Of a stretch of DNA of 64,000 bases, positions 1 through 14,257 are shown in pieces. Below the pieces are notes generated by a model. It saw nothing but the letters and a program-made list of their open reading frames with translations. It was not told the DNA's origin and did no database searches. Position numbers and translations under genes: made by a program. The stretch is taken from the NCBI RefSeq assembly GCF_009914755.1, contig NC_060935.1; one strand, given 5' to 3'. The first letter of the stretch is position 1; each line of letters starts with the position of its first letter. The stretch is from the human T2T-CHM13v2.0 reference genome, Homo sapiens.

Positions 1-250
1 CATACCAGGCAGAGGGAAGAGCAAGGAAAAAGACCCTGAGGCAGGGAGGATCTTGGGGTGTGTGTGGAAAGGAAAGAAGGCTGGAAGGTGGTGGGCTATG
101 TGGGGAGCTGGGGAGGTAGGCAGGGGCTAGATCATGGCCCAGCGAAGAGTGTGCATTTTATTGGACATGAGATGGGAAGTCATTGGGCAATTTGAGCAGA
201 GGATTAAAATATGTGATTGACATTTCTACCGACCACTCTGACCCTGGAAC
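1..250 (-). mobile_element. L2 LINE fragment
   Basis: 'ggcagagggaagagcaaggaaaaagaccctgaggcagggagg' and 'gatgggaagtcattgggcaatttgagcag' match the antisense L2 3' region; cut by the window start. Confidence 0.7.
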
Positions 251-3200
251 TTCTTGCTGTTGCCAGCTGAGTAGTCACGGGGGTCTGTGGTCCCGGCTCT
301 GGGGGAAGGAAGCCTCTGCTCCCAGGAAGACAGAGGTTGTGGGTGGCTGGCAGAGTCTGGGGCATCTCACCAGAGCACTGTGCCTCAGATTCTGGTCCAA
401 AGGTGCCCAGCCTGCGTGCCAACCCCATGCCCAGCATCCTACTAACCCCCGCACATCCCAGGGGTATTCCAGAAAACCGCGCCTGCAAGATGTCTAGGCC
501 CCCACTCCTTGATTATATTAATGCCAAAATGTATTAAAGAAGCGTGGTAAAAATGCCATTCTAATTGTTTCGTATACACGCCACTGGGAGGGAACTGATT
601 GGACACAGCTCACAGGCAGTATGTTAATACGCTATTTTCATATGATGATAGCTTTGCATAATCTTCCCTTCTCCCAGCTTTGCAGGGACCTGTTGTTAAC
701 CAAGCCCCAGGAGAGAGGGGGAAAGGCAATTTGACTTCAAGTCCACTCCCCACCACATTAATTAGTCATGTGGCTGGGGAAAGGTGTGCTCACTCAGTAC
801 AAAGTAGACTTTATAATTTATACACCAGCTGTTTCCGTCCATTCTCCTCTCTGCCTGCCTCTAATGAAATCGTGTTACCAGAGAACTGACTGGCGTGAAT
901 TGAGCCTTTAATCCCATTGACCCTGGCCTGGCTGGAAGGGCCCAGGGGAGGGGGGCTGGGGCTTTTCAGCAAGGGGCTGCCTCCCCTCCACCCCAGGCTG
1001 CAAGCCCTCACAATGGAGCAGCTTGGCAAAGGCAGGGGGTGCTGGGAGCTGGGGGCCTGCCTGGCTGAGCAGCCCTCTTGGGGATCCCTGGAGACTGGGA
1101 TGGCTCACATTTATTGCCTCATCTTCTGAGATCCAGCAAAGCACAACATTCTCATCTAGGTTGTTCCTTTACTTAGAGAACAGGGCAGGCCAGACTGTAC
1201 AACCAATGAGCTAATGCTTGCTTTTCTGGCCATGGGGGCTGCTGGGAAAACAGAGGCATGATTCCATGGAGGGAAATGCTGCCCTAGCACCCAGCAGCAC
1301 ACCTACATTCTTCTGATCCACAGCAGAGCCCAGGGCCCCTTCCTGGAGAGGAAGGACAGGGCAGAGATGGGGACAGGCCCCAGTCCTGCTTGCGGTCTAT
1401 GGCTCCAGAAAGACAGTGCTGAGAATCAAGGTCAGAGAATGCTTCTCTTTCCCTAACCTCCCACCCCACTCAAAAGAAAAACAAGCAGGACCAGGAGGCA
1501 TCCAGAGCCACTCAGCCACTCAAGCAAATGCTGCAAAGCAGGGTGCATTTGGTGAGCAGGAATAAACACAGCAATTAGCACCATGGCAGCCTCTTAAACA
1601 ACCTCTTAAACAAACACATGGGACCAAGTCAGGGGTGGGGGAGGTTCATGCATCTGTTGGAAGGGCCAGAGGCTACAGAGAAGATTTGATCTGAGGGAAG
1701 CTGAAAATAAGGATGGTGAGGCTAAGTTGCTGGGACTGGGCCCGATCTGAGGGTGGTGACAGAGATAGGATCAGGTGCTTGAGCTAGGGCTGGAATGCTG
1801 CTAGAGTAGTAGGTAGCGCAAGGGTGGTACAGGGACGTTGATGGGATGGGGTAAGGTAGGGACAGGCTGGCTTCCTGGCTGCCATCTTTAATTTACTGGG
1901 AATCCCAATATCCTCATGTGAATGTGAGGTCTCCGCCTAGGAAGGCACAGAGAGGTGAGATGCGGCATCCCCAGCCACGCTTCCAGTGGGCGTCCTCTAC
2001 CCAGGCCCAGATACACTCCAGAACCTCCTGCCCATTGCTGGGCCTCTGCTCTCACCTCTCCCCCATCTGGAATGGCAGCTCTCTCTTCTGCTAAATCCCA
2101 GGTCCTTTAAGACTCAGACCTTGTGTCACCTCCCCTAGCCAGGCTTTCTTGATTCCCCAAGTTCATCTGTGCTGAGCTCATCATAGCCCACTCCTCGATA
2201 GCAAGGATCATCTCTGCGTCCCTTGCACCAAGCACAGGGCAGGACAACTGACCTTAAGTGGGTCTCCTCCCTTGGCCAGTCTTCAGTTTACTGATCTGTA
2301 AAATGGGTTTGCTGATCTATCAGAGTCACTCTGGTTGCCTGAGATCCCCAGCTGGATTCTGTCAGGCCTAAAACCACACTCTCTCCCCTCAGACAAGGAA
2401 GGGAACATTTCAAAGACACTTGACTGTGTTGTGGGCATCCAAGCTAATTTATTAGCTCTGAAATAGCCAAAGTACTTCTTTTGCTTAATGGCATTAAAAA
2501 ATAACCCACACACCTGTGACCAGTCCTCTTTTTAATGAAAGTGTGGGGAACATCAGGGGAACCTATCCAGGGAGGGAAAATGAAGTTGTCATTTTTCAAT
2601 GTAATTAAACTTGGTTTTCAAAAATCTCCTGATCTGAAATGTGAATTACGCTAATTACTTCTGGTGGCTGCAACATTGATTTCAGTGTTAAAGTTAATGG
2701 ACTTAATGGACTCTGCTTTTCCCTTAGATGTGGCTTGGGCCTCTTGCCGAAGGTCCTGTTTGCCCACTGCGAGGGGCCTCCTCTGGACCCTCTAAATTCC
2801 CTATCACCAGCTTCTGTTGCCCAAGGCACTCATGGGTTGGTTGCCCCAAGTCAGGCCTTGTCTCTGGGCATGAGGCCTCAGGAGAACAATTGCTCTTTCT
2901 TCCTTTCAGTGAATGTGGGTCAGACACCAGCCTCACAGAGTTTGGTCCCAGGAGGGGACATAGAGAAGGAAAAGGCAGGTGGCCCCTGTTTCTGGAGGGC
3001 AGGTGGCCTGGAGGAGGCCTGATAGGAACCTGTGGAAGACCTCAGGCAGGCAGGGCTGAGGTTTGGAGCCTGAGGCTTTCTCTGCAGTGAAAGCATCCAG
3101 TAATGGCTGGTGGGGGTGTGGGAGGGTAGGAGCAAAGAGATGGTGGAGGAGGCCAGGGAGACCTGCTCCCAGAGGAGGGCTGCAGGAGCTGGCCAGGAAG

Positions 3201-4023
3201 GCAGAAACAGGTGTGGGCAAGGCAGGGAGGTGAGCCCACAGGGTCAAGAGGAGGGCTGGGCATGGCCAGGCTGCAGAGTTCTCTCTGGGCAGCAGTGGGG
3301 ATGGTAGGGGCCTTGGAGGGCAGGGCAAGCAATATGGATGTGGTCTTGAGTCTTGGCCAGAATGAGATGAAGCCCCGGTGTGACTGTACAACCTGGAAGC
3401 TGGAGGCCCTCCCTCTCTCAGGGAAGACTGCTTCCGAGGGCCCTGGGGCAGGCCGGGGTCGTGGGTGCCGCCTCTGCTGGCTGACCTGGCCCCTTTTCTG
3501 AGTGCCTAGAGTTCCTCCACCAACATGTCTTCTTAAATGGGAATCGGTGTCCTTTCCTGAAGGCGTCATAGAGGAAGACTTTGGTGTCTTCTGACCAAAG
3601 GGTCACAAAGTATGGGACCCTAGCAGTCCTGAGCGCACACCTGCCTCCTTTACAGATGGGACCTGGGTGGTGCCAGATGTTAGCCCCTAGGGGAAGAGGG
3701 CAGGCTCCCTCCAGGATGCAGCCACCAAGGACACGGTGACCAGGCAGAGCCGATCACACGTGGGGAAGAACCGGCCAGAGAGCCCTTTGGCAGGAACCTC
3801 AGGAACTGAGGCAGGAATGCCAACGAATCCCTGCCCCAATGGGGGTTTTGGCCGCCGAGACACATCCCCACATTGCTGCCAAGAGACCTGGGTCCTGGGG
3901 GGATGACCCTGGAGATTGGGGGTGGGGTGAGGGTTGGGCAGCCTGGAATGGAGGGAAGGGCCCAAGAGAAGGAGGCAGGGCCTCCAGGGGTGGAACACAG
4001 ATGTCTTGAAGAGCGCTGTGGGA

Positions 4024-4785
<762 letters not shown>

Positions 4786-4789
4786 AAAA

Positions 4790-5012
4790 CAGTAGTGACT
4801 AACACTCATGTAGTGCTTGCCACAAGCCAGGCACTTGCGGCAAGTGTATGACTCTTGTAGGTGAATGCACTATTTTGAACCTAGCCACAATCCTATGAAG
4901 TTGACACTCTTATCAATCCCTGGGTTACATTTGAAAAACAGATCCTGAGAACTTAAGTAATAGTCCAAGGTTACACAGCCAGTAGGTGGCCAAGCGGGGG
5001 TTTGAATCCAGA
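4790..5012 (-). mobile_element. MIR SINE
   Basis: Antisense MIR core 'cttaagtaatagtccaaggttacacagccagtaggtggcc...gtttgaatccagac'. Confidence 0.8.
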
Positions 5013-5094
5013 CCCCTTCCACTTCCATCCTTGACCTCTTTCCCCCTGCTCTCAACAGTGATGTCAGAAAGAGCCTGATCATGTTTGAGTCCTC

Positions 5095-5595
5095 ACAATC
5101 ACCTGCAAGGCCCTGTGTAACCTGGTTCCTTTCACTTCTCTACCCTCCTCTCCCACTACTTCCCGCTCCTCTCTCCATAGCAGCTTCATGGCTGTCCCTT
5201 GAACATGCCAAACCTCAGGGCCTTTGTACTTCCAATTACTTCTGCCTGGGATTCTCTTCTGTATGTCCGCTTGCCTTGCTCCTCTGCCTCTTTCAAATCT
5301 TGGCTCAAATATTGACTTCCCAAGAAGGTCTCTATTTAAAATGTAAAATTGAAACTCCTGCCCTGAACTCCCTATTTCCCTTCCCTGCTTAATTTTTCAC
5401 ATGGCACTTATCACCTTCTGACATATCATACAATTTGTTTATTGTGGTACTTGTTATCTTTCTCTTCCCGTGGAAGAGAATGGAAACTTTAGGAGGACAA
5501 GGATTTTTGTCTGTTTTGTTCATTCAAAGATTCCTTCTGCTCAGAACAGTGCCTGAGACATGGTAGTCACAATAAATATCTTTTGAATGAATGAA
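5095..5595 (+). mobile_element. L2 3' end
   Basis: 'cctcagggcctttgtact', 'aacagtgcctgagacatggtagtcacaataaatatc' and the terminal TGAATGAATGAA tail. Confidence 0.85.
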
Positions 5596-6879
5596 AGTAT
5601 CTTCACACTTCTCTACCTTTGCCCAGGTTGTTCTGCCTCCTTGGAATGCCTTTCCCCACTGGCACATGTGACACTCCAACACGCTCTCTCCGTGACCTGT
5701 CCAATGGCACTCTGCCGAGAAGCTTTCCCCTAGGATGGTCCCAGCTCAGTGACCTGGTCCTATGCTACCAGCCACACACACGCTCTCTCCCCATGCACTG
5801 TGATCCCTGCATTTGACTCATCACCAGTCGAGATGGGGATGTTCTGACTGGGGGCAGGTAGGTGCTCCATTCAATGCTTTCTCTCAGAAGGCACACTCCC
5901 TTGTTGCTCTGGAGACAGGAATGAACCAAATCTCATGTAGCAGAGGTACCCAGGGAAGAGAGGACATCAGCTCCCTTTCCCTGCACCTGTGGTTCCAGAC
6001 TCACCTTCACAGTTCTCTGGGACTTCGCTCCCTTGGCTTCTGCTTCCACTCCCAGGACTGTCAACTCTTCACTTCAAGTCCTGATCTTCAAACCGTGATG
6101 CACCCGTCTCAAACCTGTTCCCACCTCCATCAGTCTAGCTCCAATTTAGCTCTGGGCCCAGAGTCCAAGTTCACCGTGTTTAGTTGTGGAGGTTGTATGC
6201 TGCACAATTCAAAGAGGTGGCATTGATGTTGTGCTCTGTGTAAATGGCATTCCCTGGTGCCTGTATGATGCAAAATCAGCACAACACTCAGACCTGCTGG
6301 GCCCCATCCACAGTGTTTCCTTGGGCAATGTCTCCGTTGAGACAGCAGCAAGCTTTAGACACCAGCCCTGTTCCACTGGTGTCAGAATTTACCTGCCCTG
6401 CTGCATACAACCTCACTGAATTGTCTTGAAAAAAAAAAAGGAAGATTCTAGGAAGAAGGATCATCTGTTTCTGAGTCCTTCTGCCCCCTTCTGTGGGAGA
6501 CGCTAAGCCTGCAGGAGAGCATGGGGAAGCAGCCGGGAGCAGCCTCCCCTCTGGACTAGGACTTGAACAATAGCTAACGAGTTTCTGGGCCCTATACACT
6601 TGATGGAGAGGCAAGAAGACCCAGTGTGCAGGGTACTTTGGGGATCATCCCTCGACCAGCAAGATATTTTTGATGTAGTATGATCACTCCTCATCATGTG
6701 GGTAGGAACATAGTGCCCCCTGGCCACCCCTCACCACCCCACTTCCCAAAACCAGCACTAATTGTACTGGCTCAGCCCCATCTAGTTATCTCGCCCCCAT
6801 CACTCGAGATAGCCCATCAATTTCCCCATCTTCCTCTTTGGACACAACACAGACTCAGGGCATAATAACCATTATAATC

Positions 6880-7070
6880 ACTTTCATTTTTCCATTTATG
6901 AGTATCAACCACATACAAGCAACTTACTAATTCATGTATGAGATGAAGACTGTCACTATCTCCATTTTAAAAATGTACAAATTGAGACTCGTGAGGTGAT
7001 GTGACTTAGCCCAATTCACAGCAGCAAGTGGCAGAGTTAGAATTTGAACTCAGCTCGTCTGGCACCACAT
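6880..7070 (-). mobile_element. MIR SINE
   Basis: 'tccattttaaaaatgtacaaattgagactc...gtgacttagcccaattcacagcagcaagtggcagagttagaatttgaactc'. Confidence 0.75.
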
Positions 7071-8019
7071 CCTACAGTCTTGGCCACTCTATTTCTGTCT
7101 CCAAAGCCTCTGGATGCTGAACAGCTGGTTGAATACACAACTAAACTACCCAACATGCAAGTGCTGCAAGGTGGGGATGTTGCCCTGTGCCCCAAGTTAC
7201 AGCCCAGGCAAAGCGTGACCTGCAGTAGGGTGGATTGGGTGAGGGCTATTCCTATGCATATTTGAGGGTCTAAGGAAGAGAACATGGAAGCCTGGGCCTC
7301 TCTTCTCCCCAGAAGCAAATGCCTGAGTGAATTTCTCATTGAGCTGAAGTCAGGCCAAATCTGCTTCCACACAGGTGTTAGGTTATTCTCCCTGTTGGCT
7401 GGAAATTCGATTGCGGTTGATTTAAAATCCCGACACCTGTGTCCATCACCCGAGCCTCTACCATGATTACTGTCCCTATAAAGTTCCTAATCCCTGTACT
7501 TACACAGCGTCCTTACCCTCTGACAGGCCAGATCTATGTGAGCAGGGAGATTTGGTTATTATGTAGAAGAGTTATAATAAGAAATATGACTGCAAAAGCC
7601 AAGTCAGTTGAAATTGGACTATAATTAAATGCTTAGAAAATTCTATGCTTGGCTCATTTTAAAATCAAGTGCTTCTTTGTAGCAATTTCCTTTCTTTAAT
7701 TACAATTTCCTGTCTAGTTTGACATTTACAATGCAATCTTGGGGGACATGTTTGTGATTTATTATTCCTGCTCCTATCAGGATATCACTGTGCAGAAATG
7801 AGTTTATAAAATAAGAGCTCAAATTATTATGGCCTTTGACCAATAAAGCAGGCTCATAATTTCAGGCCTGAGAGAAGATTACCATTTTTGACAACCCAAG
7901 GCAGAAATACTGGAGAGGGGGAGGGCACAGTTTGGGAAATTCACTCCATGTTCAAAAACACCGCATTGTCTCCTGAGGGAAGGCCAGCTTTGGAAGCAGA
8001 ACATATTAATAACCCCTCA

Positions 8020-8200
8020 AATTTATACGAGGCTTTGCAGCTTTGAAGAACTTTCACTGTCATCGATTACCTCATCTTTGGAGGTAGACAGGTAGGTGCC
8101 TTCATCCCCCTCTTACAGATGATGAAACTGAAGCCCAGAGAAGTTAAGTGACTCGCTGAAGGTCACAAAGCCTGAAAACAGCGGTCTTTGAAACAACACT
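8020..8200 (-). mobile_element. MIR SINE
   Basis: Core 'ttacagatgatgaaactgaagcccagagaagttaagtgactcgctgaaggtcac'. Confidence 0.8.
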
Positions 8201-8572
8201 CAGGTCCAATCCAGTGAGTCCTTTCCCCACAATTTAATAGCTGTCCCTCAAGGCTTGAGAAGTGTCCTGAGACATGAAAGATGCCTTCAGTGCATCTCTG
8301 GGCAGGGAGCCCCTCTGCTTCCCACAGCAGGAGCTCTGACCAACCCCCAGAGCAGCACGTGTCCCGTGACTCACATATGTGCAGCCAACAAAGGCCACGG
8401 GGGCTGCTGGCCCCAGCTCATGAAAGAGGTGCCATAATTTCCTTTTATCTGTTTCCTTTCCTCTTGAGGCTTTATCTAGAAATTTGGGAGTATTGTGTAC
8501 TCTTGGCCCGCAACACGCTCTTTTACCCCTGGGCTGCAAAGTGAGACTCCAAGCCCAGCACAGGAGGGTCTA

Positions 8573-9101
<529 letters not shown>

Positions 9102-9469
9102 AAGTAACTTTGGTGCACTAAATGCGCCAGAATCATGAAAGACTGTTTCAGTAGCCTGGGAAGACCTTGAAGGGAATAAGGGGAGAAGGAAATTGGGTCT
9201 CCTGGGGGTTGTCTGTGGACCCTTCATCCTTTTATTTCCTAGAATGTGCTGTGGTAAAGGTGCCAATCCACCTGGTCCCCAGCTGAGGGTGGACGGTGAC
9301 TTCTGTTGAGGTGGAGCTCACCCACTGGCCCTTCGCTGAGGCCACAAAGTCTCTGGGGGTGTGAGCCTCCCCAGTCCCACCTTCCAGATGCCAGTTGGCT
9401 ATGCCCTCTGGTCAGGAAGGGGGTGATGCCCTTGTGATGATCACAAGGGGATCACAGGAGCTAGGGCAG

Positions 9470-9595
9470 GTCTGGGGAGTCCAGGTGTGGGTACAGTGAA
9501 TTGGCGGCACCTCTGGGACATCCAAGGGGAGGTGTCCAGGGAGAGGTTGTGTGTGTAGATCTGGGAGCTGGGAGAAGGTCTATGCTGGGCTGTGG
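9470..9595 (-). mobile_element. L2 fragment
   Basis: 'gaggtgtccagggagaggttgtgtgtgtagatctgggagctgggagaagg' resembles antisense L2. Confidence 0.5.
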
Positions 9596-10754
9596 TTTCT
9601 GGCCCTCTGCCCTGCCCCCTTAACACCTGTTCTGTGATTTTCAGCTTTAATGTCCCTCCCCAGGTATGATGGTGGCTGTGCAGCCAGGATCAGAACAGAT
9701 CAGGGCACTGGAGCCAAGGCCACCACGGAAGCAGTGGGTGTTACAGCGCCGGGACCAAGGTGGCCCCAGCAGCTGGTTGAAGGCGCGCTTGTGGAGCTGC
9801 TGGCTGAGTTTCGTTCATGAACAAGGCTTCTGGGCCCAGAACAGGGGTTTCTGGGGTGCCCTCTCCTGCTCCTCCTCTTGGGGAGGAGTGGAAATTGGGC
9901 TTCCTCTTTGTCTCACTTGAAAGGAGCCATTATGGGAGGTAAATCTCCATTGCTGGCTTTTGGCCTCAGATTAAGTCTGTCCAGAGACTCGTTTGTTGCC
10001 TGTGAAAATCTCTTTATTACTTCAAAACAATTTTAAGGCAGAGTGCATTAAGATTTCTGAAGAATGAGAAAGAAGCATATCCCCACACCGGGATGCTGGT
10101 TATGAAGTTCAAATGGATGGGGCAAGGCAATCCTCTTACAGATGGGGGAGAGGCTCAGGCCCACCCATCAGAGTCCAGAGGAAGTGCCTAACTGAAAAGC
10201 AAAGCAGCTCTCCTAAAGGCCACCGCCTGGGCTGGCCTTGCCAGGGCAGCTAGGCACTCACTTCCTTCCCCTGCACATATGCACCCACATTCATGAATGC
10301 ATGCACACGCACAAATGCACTGCCCCTTCCTGTCGACAGCTACTTCCTTGAATCATCATATTGGCCAGGGAGGCAGCCTGGGTGGCTATTTGATCCCAAT
10401 TGTTCAAAGGAGAAAATCAAAGCTCAGACAGGGAAAGCAACTCTTCCAAGGTCGACCAGGACCAGAACTGACATCTTCGCCTTCCAAGATCAGGACTTTC
10501 TCTCTAGAACTCCCCGGACCAATAAGCAGTCCTGAGGCTCCTCCTTGGTTCCTGACTCCATGAACAAGGCCAACCTGGGCCCAGGTGGGCCTGAGACTGT
10601 GAGGCCTCCGACCCCACCCCGCTCAAAGAGACAAAGGAGTAGAGCCCATGTGAATGCTGCCACCCTAACTCCATCCCATCCTTCTCCTGCAAGGGCCCTC
10701 TCAAGTCCCAGGACCAAGCAGGGAGAAAGGCAGGAGGAGATGAACCCATAGAGA

Positions 10755-10990
10755 TCCATCCATCCATGCATCCATCCTTCCATCCACCCAGCAGGGTCAG
10801 CTATGTGGGTTGCGGCAGAGAGTAAGGAAACCACAGTTCTGCCCTCAAGTTGCTCGTGGACCTGAGAAGACATAGTCATTGCAAACCAGTGTGTTAAGTG
10901 TTGTGACAGGAAAAGCACAGGAAACCAAGGGAGCACAGAGTCACTTATCCAGCTAGGGGTGAAGGCCTCCTGAGCCTTAGCAAGTGTGAA
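10755..10990 (-). mobile_element. L2 3' end with (TCCA)n-expanded tail
   Basis: Degenerate (CCAT)n at 10755-10790, followed by 'cacagttctgccctcaagttgctc' (antisense L2). Confidence 0.5.
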
Positions 10991-11959
10991 GGAGCCAGCC
11001 ACATGAGAAGACGGGAGGGCGCTTGAATGGAGAAAGGAGATTGGACGATGTGTGGCCAGGTGCTTTCAATATGTTTGGTTGAGGAGGTCAAGGGGGAGGG
11101 AGGCTGGGGCCCAAGGACTGCCTCTGTTGGGTGCCCTCAGAGTTTAGGAAACCTTGGTGTGGCCTCATCCAAAGCCCACTAACCTTGATTCCACTGCATA
11201 TCCAATGTAATTCCACCATTGCACATTCATCAATGTACTTAAAATATAACTATCTCTGGGAGGAATACTCCAAAGACATGTGTTGCACTTTACACTAAAT
11301 GCTTTGGGGATATCATCTCCCTTAGAGGTAATGAAGTAGGTACAAATTGCTCTGTATTACTTTGGATTCAGGCAATGACATGTTTTCTTATTTGTCTAAC
11401 ACAGATTAAATCTGGCACTGGCCAAGCTCACCAAGATGGCAGGAGATTCAATACCAGTCATTTGTAGGGGGCTCTCTCTCTCTCCTCCTTTTAATTTTAC
11501 AGAAACTTAGGGGTTACACATCCCACAAAACTAAAGAGGACTTCATTCCTAGATATAGCTGCGTTTGCTCCTGATCTAGGCCCATTTAAAGGCAGGTGGC
11601 TCTCCTGGGACCTGCTCCCATGGGATTGGAGCCTGGTTCTCAGCCTTCCACTGCTCCTCCACTGGAGCTAGAAGCACTATCTCTAGGCTGTCCTGGGGCT
11701 TGAAGACAGATCCTGTGGAATAGACCACTTGAGGGACCTCCCGTCTGAAGCTCATAATTTGGTCTAGAGGCCTGGGGATCCCCTTTGGCCATCCAAGGTC
11801 TTGGGTTGTGGACAAGCCTGGCACCATGCACCCTCCTTGTTGGCCCACCAAGGAGGGCCTGGTAGCCTGCCGTCTCATTGCTCTCCTGCCAAAGGCCTGA
11901 CCAGCCTCTTGATCCCCCGCAAGCTGACCTAGCTCTGTGACAATTCAGAAATTGTGCAT

Positions 11960-12365
11960 TCAGTGGGAAGATTAGGCCTGATTAAGAAATTTGCACTAAT
12001 GAACTGTGCTTAATTGGATTTGGGGAAGGACACAAAATGGGCTGCTTGACATTCCAGGGTCCTCAGCAAAGTCCTGGGGCCTCCCTGTATCCTCCCCACA
12101 AAGCTAGCCATACCCCCAGCCCCTCTGCCCCCAGTGCCCCAGCCTTCGGCCTCTCAGCCTAGTAACAGAGAAGTTATCTGCCTAATCAGACTAATTAGCA
12201 CTGGGGACACAAAGTCATAATCTACAAAGAATGCAAATGCCAGTTTTACAAAATGAAAACGCCATATGTGCAGTAATTAGCAAACCACGGGCACATTTTA
12301 TAAATCATATTTATTAGTTTGTAAACAAATCAAGCTCTAAATGAAGTGAAAGATGCCATTAACTG
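11960..12365. promoter_or_regulatory. Candidate developmental enhancer
   Basis: Repeat-free AT-rich island with CTAATTAG (12191), ATGCAAAT (12231), CATATG (12263), TAATTA (12274) and GTAAACA (12321). Confidence 0.5.
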
Positions 12366-13799
12366 AGATAGCAGCAGTGGTAGTGCTGAGCAGGCCTGGA
12401 AATGGGAGACTGGGGGTACAGGGTAGAAGGTGGCCCCAGAGCCCTGCCTGGGAGCCCACCAATCTCCTGTAACCTCCCCCCGACCAAGAACCCTGGTGTG
12501 GGTGGCAGGGGTCTGTGTCTTGGCTCTCCAGGATCTATGGCCCACTTGCTCTGCCACCAGAGCTCCTGCCCACCTGCTCAGCATCCCATGACTCTGGGCT
12601 GGTTATTCAAACCAGGGCTTAAACAAGTGCTTGTTCCTACGTGAAGACAAGATGGCACCTGAGCTCTGAGCTCAGCTCCAGGCCCCTCTTGCCTTTGTTT
12701 TGGAACCCCTGGCCTCTTTGTCTACTTACATATCTCTGAGGCTTGAGGAAAAGAAAATATCTCAATTGAAGGACCTTTATTTACTGACCATGCCTACTGC
12801 TCTGCTTCTCAGCCTCTGTTGTCCTTGGAGAAAAGCTAGGGGAAGGGGGCATTTCCAGGTTGATTCTCTCCTGTGGTGCACTCATGTATTCGCCTATCAA
12901 TCTGGCTGAGCTCCGGCTGTGCACTCAGCCCTCCTCAGGCACTCAAAGTGTTGACATGCAAATATAAAGGTAAGTCTTAGCTTTCCAGGAGCTCCAGACT
13001 AGGAGAAGGGCTCTGGGCATTGACTGTGGCCTCCATGAGTGTGTTCTGCTCAGCACATGATCCTATCTCCTATCTTTGGTGAACTATTCCTCCTTTCCTT
13101 TGGAAACACCTTTCTGCCCCATGTGGCCATGATGAGGTTATCAGCCCAGGTGCCCTGGCACCTCCTCCACAACAAGGTAAGCACTCAGCCCAAGATGAAT
13201 TAGTCTTTCCACTGCACACCCTGGACCCGGTGACACAAATTAGGCCCATCACTTTCCTGATCCACATTTTCTGAATAGAGATCAGGGAATTGTCAACTTT
13301 AGGATGGTATAGTTGGTTCACACTTTGATCATCTGGTCTGATCTATACAAGAAACAATGACAGTAAATTATATAAAGAGAACACCAAAGTTCATAGCCAT
13401 GTTCAAAAATAAGATTAATATCTCCATGAACCAGAAATGGAATAGAAATTTAAAATGATAAATGGAACCAAGGCCATAATTTTGCTGGGCTCTGGGTCTA
13501 GCATCAAACAATGAGGTCGACAGTCCAATCCCAATAGGTTAGAGGGGACAGGGGTGCTCCTAGAGGGTGGGAGGAGTAAAGATGCAACTTTGTGGTCAGG
13601 AACGAAGGCTAGCTGCCTGCTGACTCTGTGACTGTGACTATAAGCATGACACCCCACACTACATCCAAGGGAAAGGAATGGTAAGCTACTATATAAGACC
13701 TGGTTCGGGATGGGAACAGGTGAAAACAGAGAGGGGAGAGAGAAGAAGAAAGGAGAAGGAAAAGACAAAGGAGGAAGAAGGAAAAAGAAAGGGAGAAAA

Positions 13800-14212
13800 T
13801 CCTCACTTAAAATGAGCCTACAAAATCAATATTCCAAGTATATATAAAGGGATTTATTGCAAAGAAAAAAATCAACAATCCAAACAGAAATTCACTCTAG
13901 ATAAAATTAATATGACTGAAGAGTCTGACAGTGACATTGGGCATGTTTAATTGGTCAAAGAGATAAAGGTAAAAGACTCATTAAAAGAAAACAAGAAAGT
14001 TACAAAATAAAAACAGGCATAAATATCAAGTGTTATGAAAAAGAATCAATTGAAAATCTGGGAGAGGAAAGTTACAATTATTGAAATTAAACGTTCAATA
14101 GAGGAAATAAATTCCAGACTGGGCACACTTAAAGAGAGAAACAGAATTGAATTGAAAACTACTATTGGAGAAATTCACCAAAATTGCATCACAAAGAGAC
14201 AGAGTTATACAC

Positions 14213-14257
<45 letters not shown>

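Noticed and set aside
1505-1613. Small tandem duplications (AGCCACTC x2; CCTCTTAAACAA x2 at 1590-1613); also GAGAGCACTG x2 at 51912-51931
   Set aside because: Ordinary slippage duplications with two copies and no spacers; not CRISPR-like or otherwise structured arrays.
9640-9920. Acceptor-like 'ttttcagctttaatgtccctccccag|G' followed by a CpG-containing open stretch
   Set aside because: No recognisable peptide in any frame and no convincing downstream donor; cannot be called an exon without transcript data.
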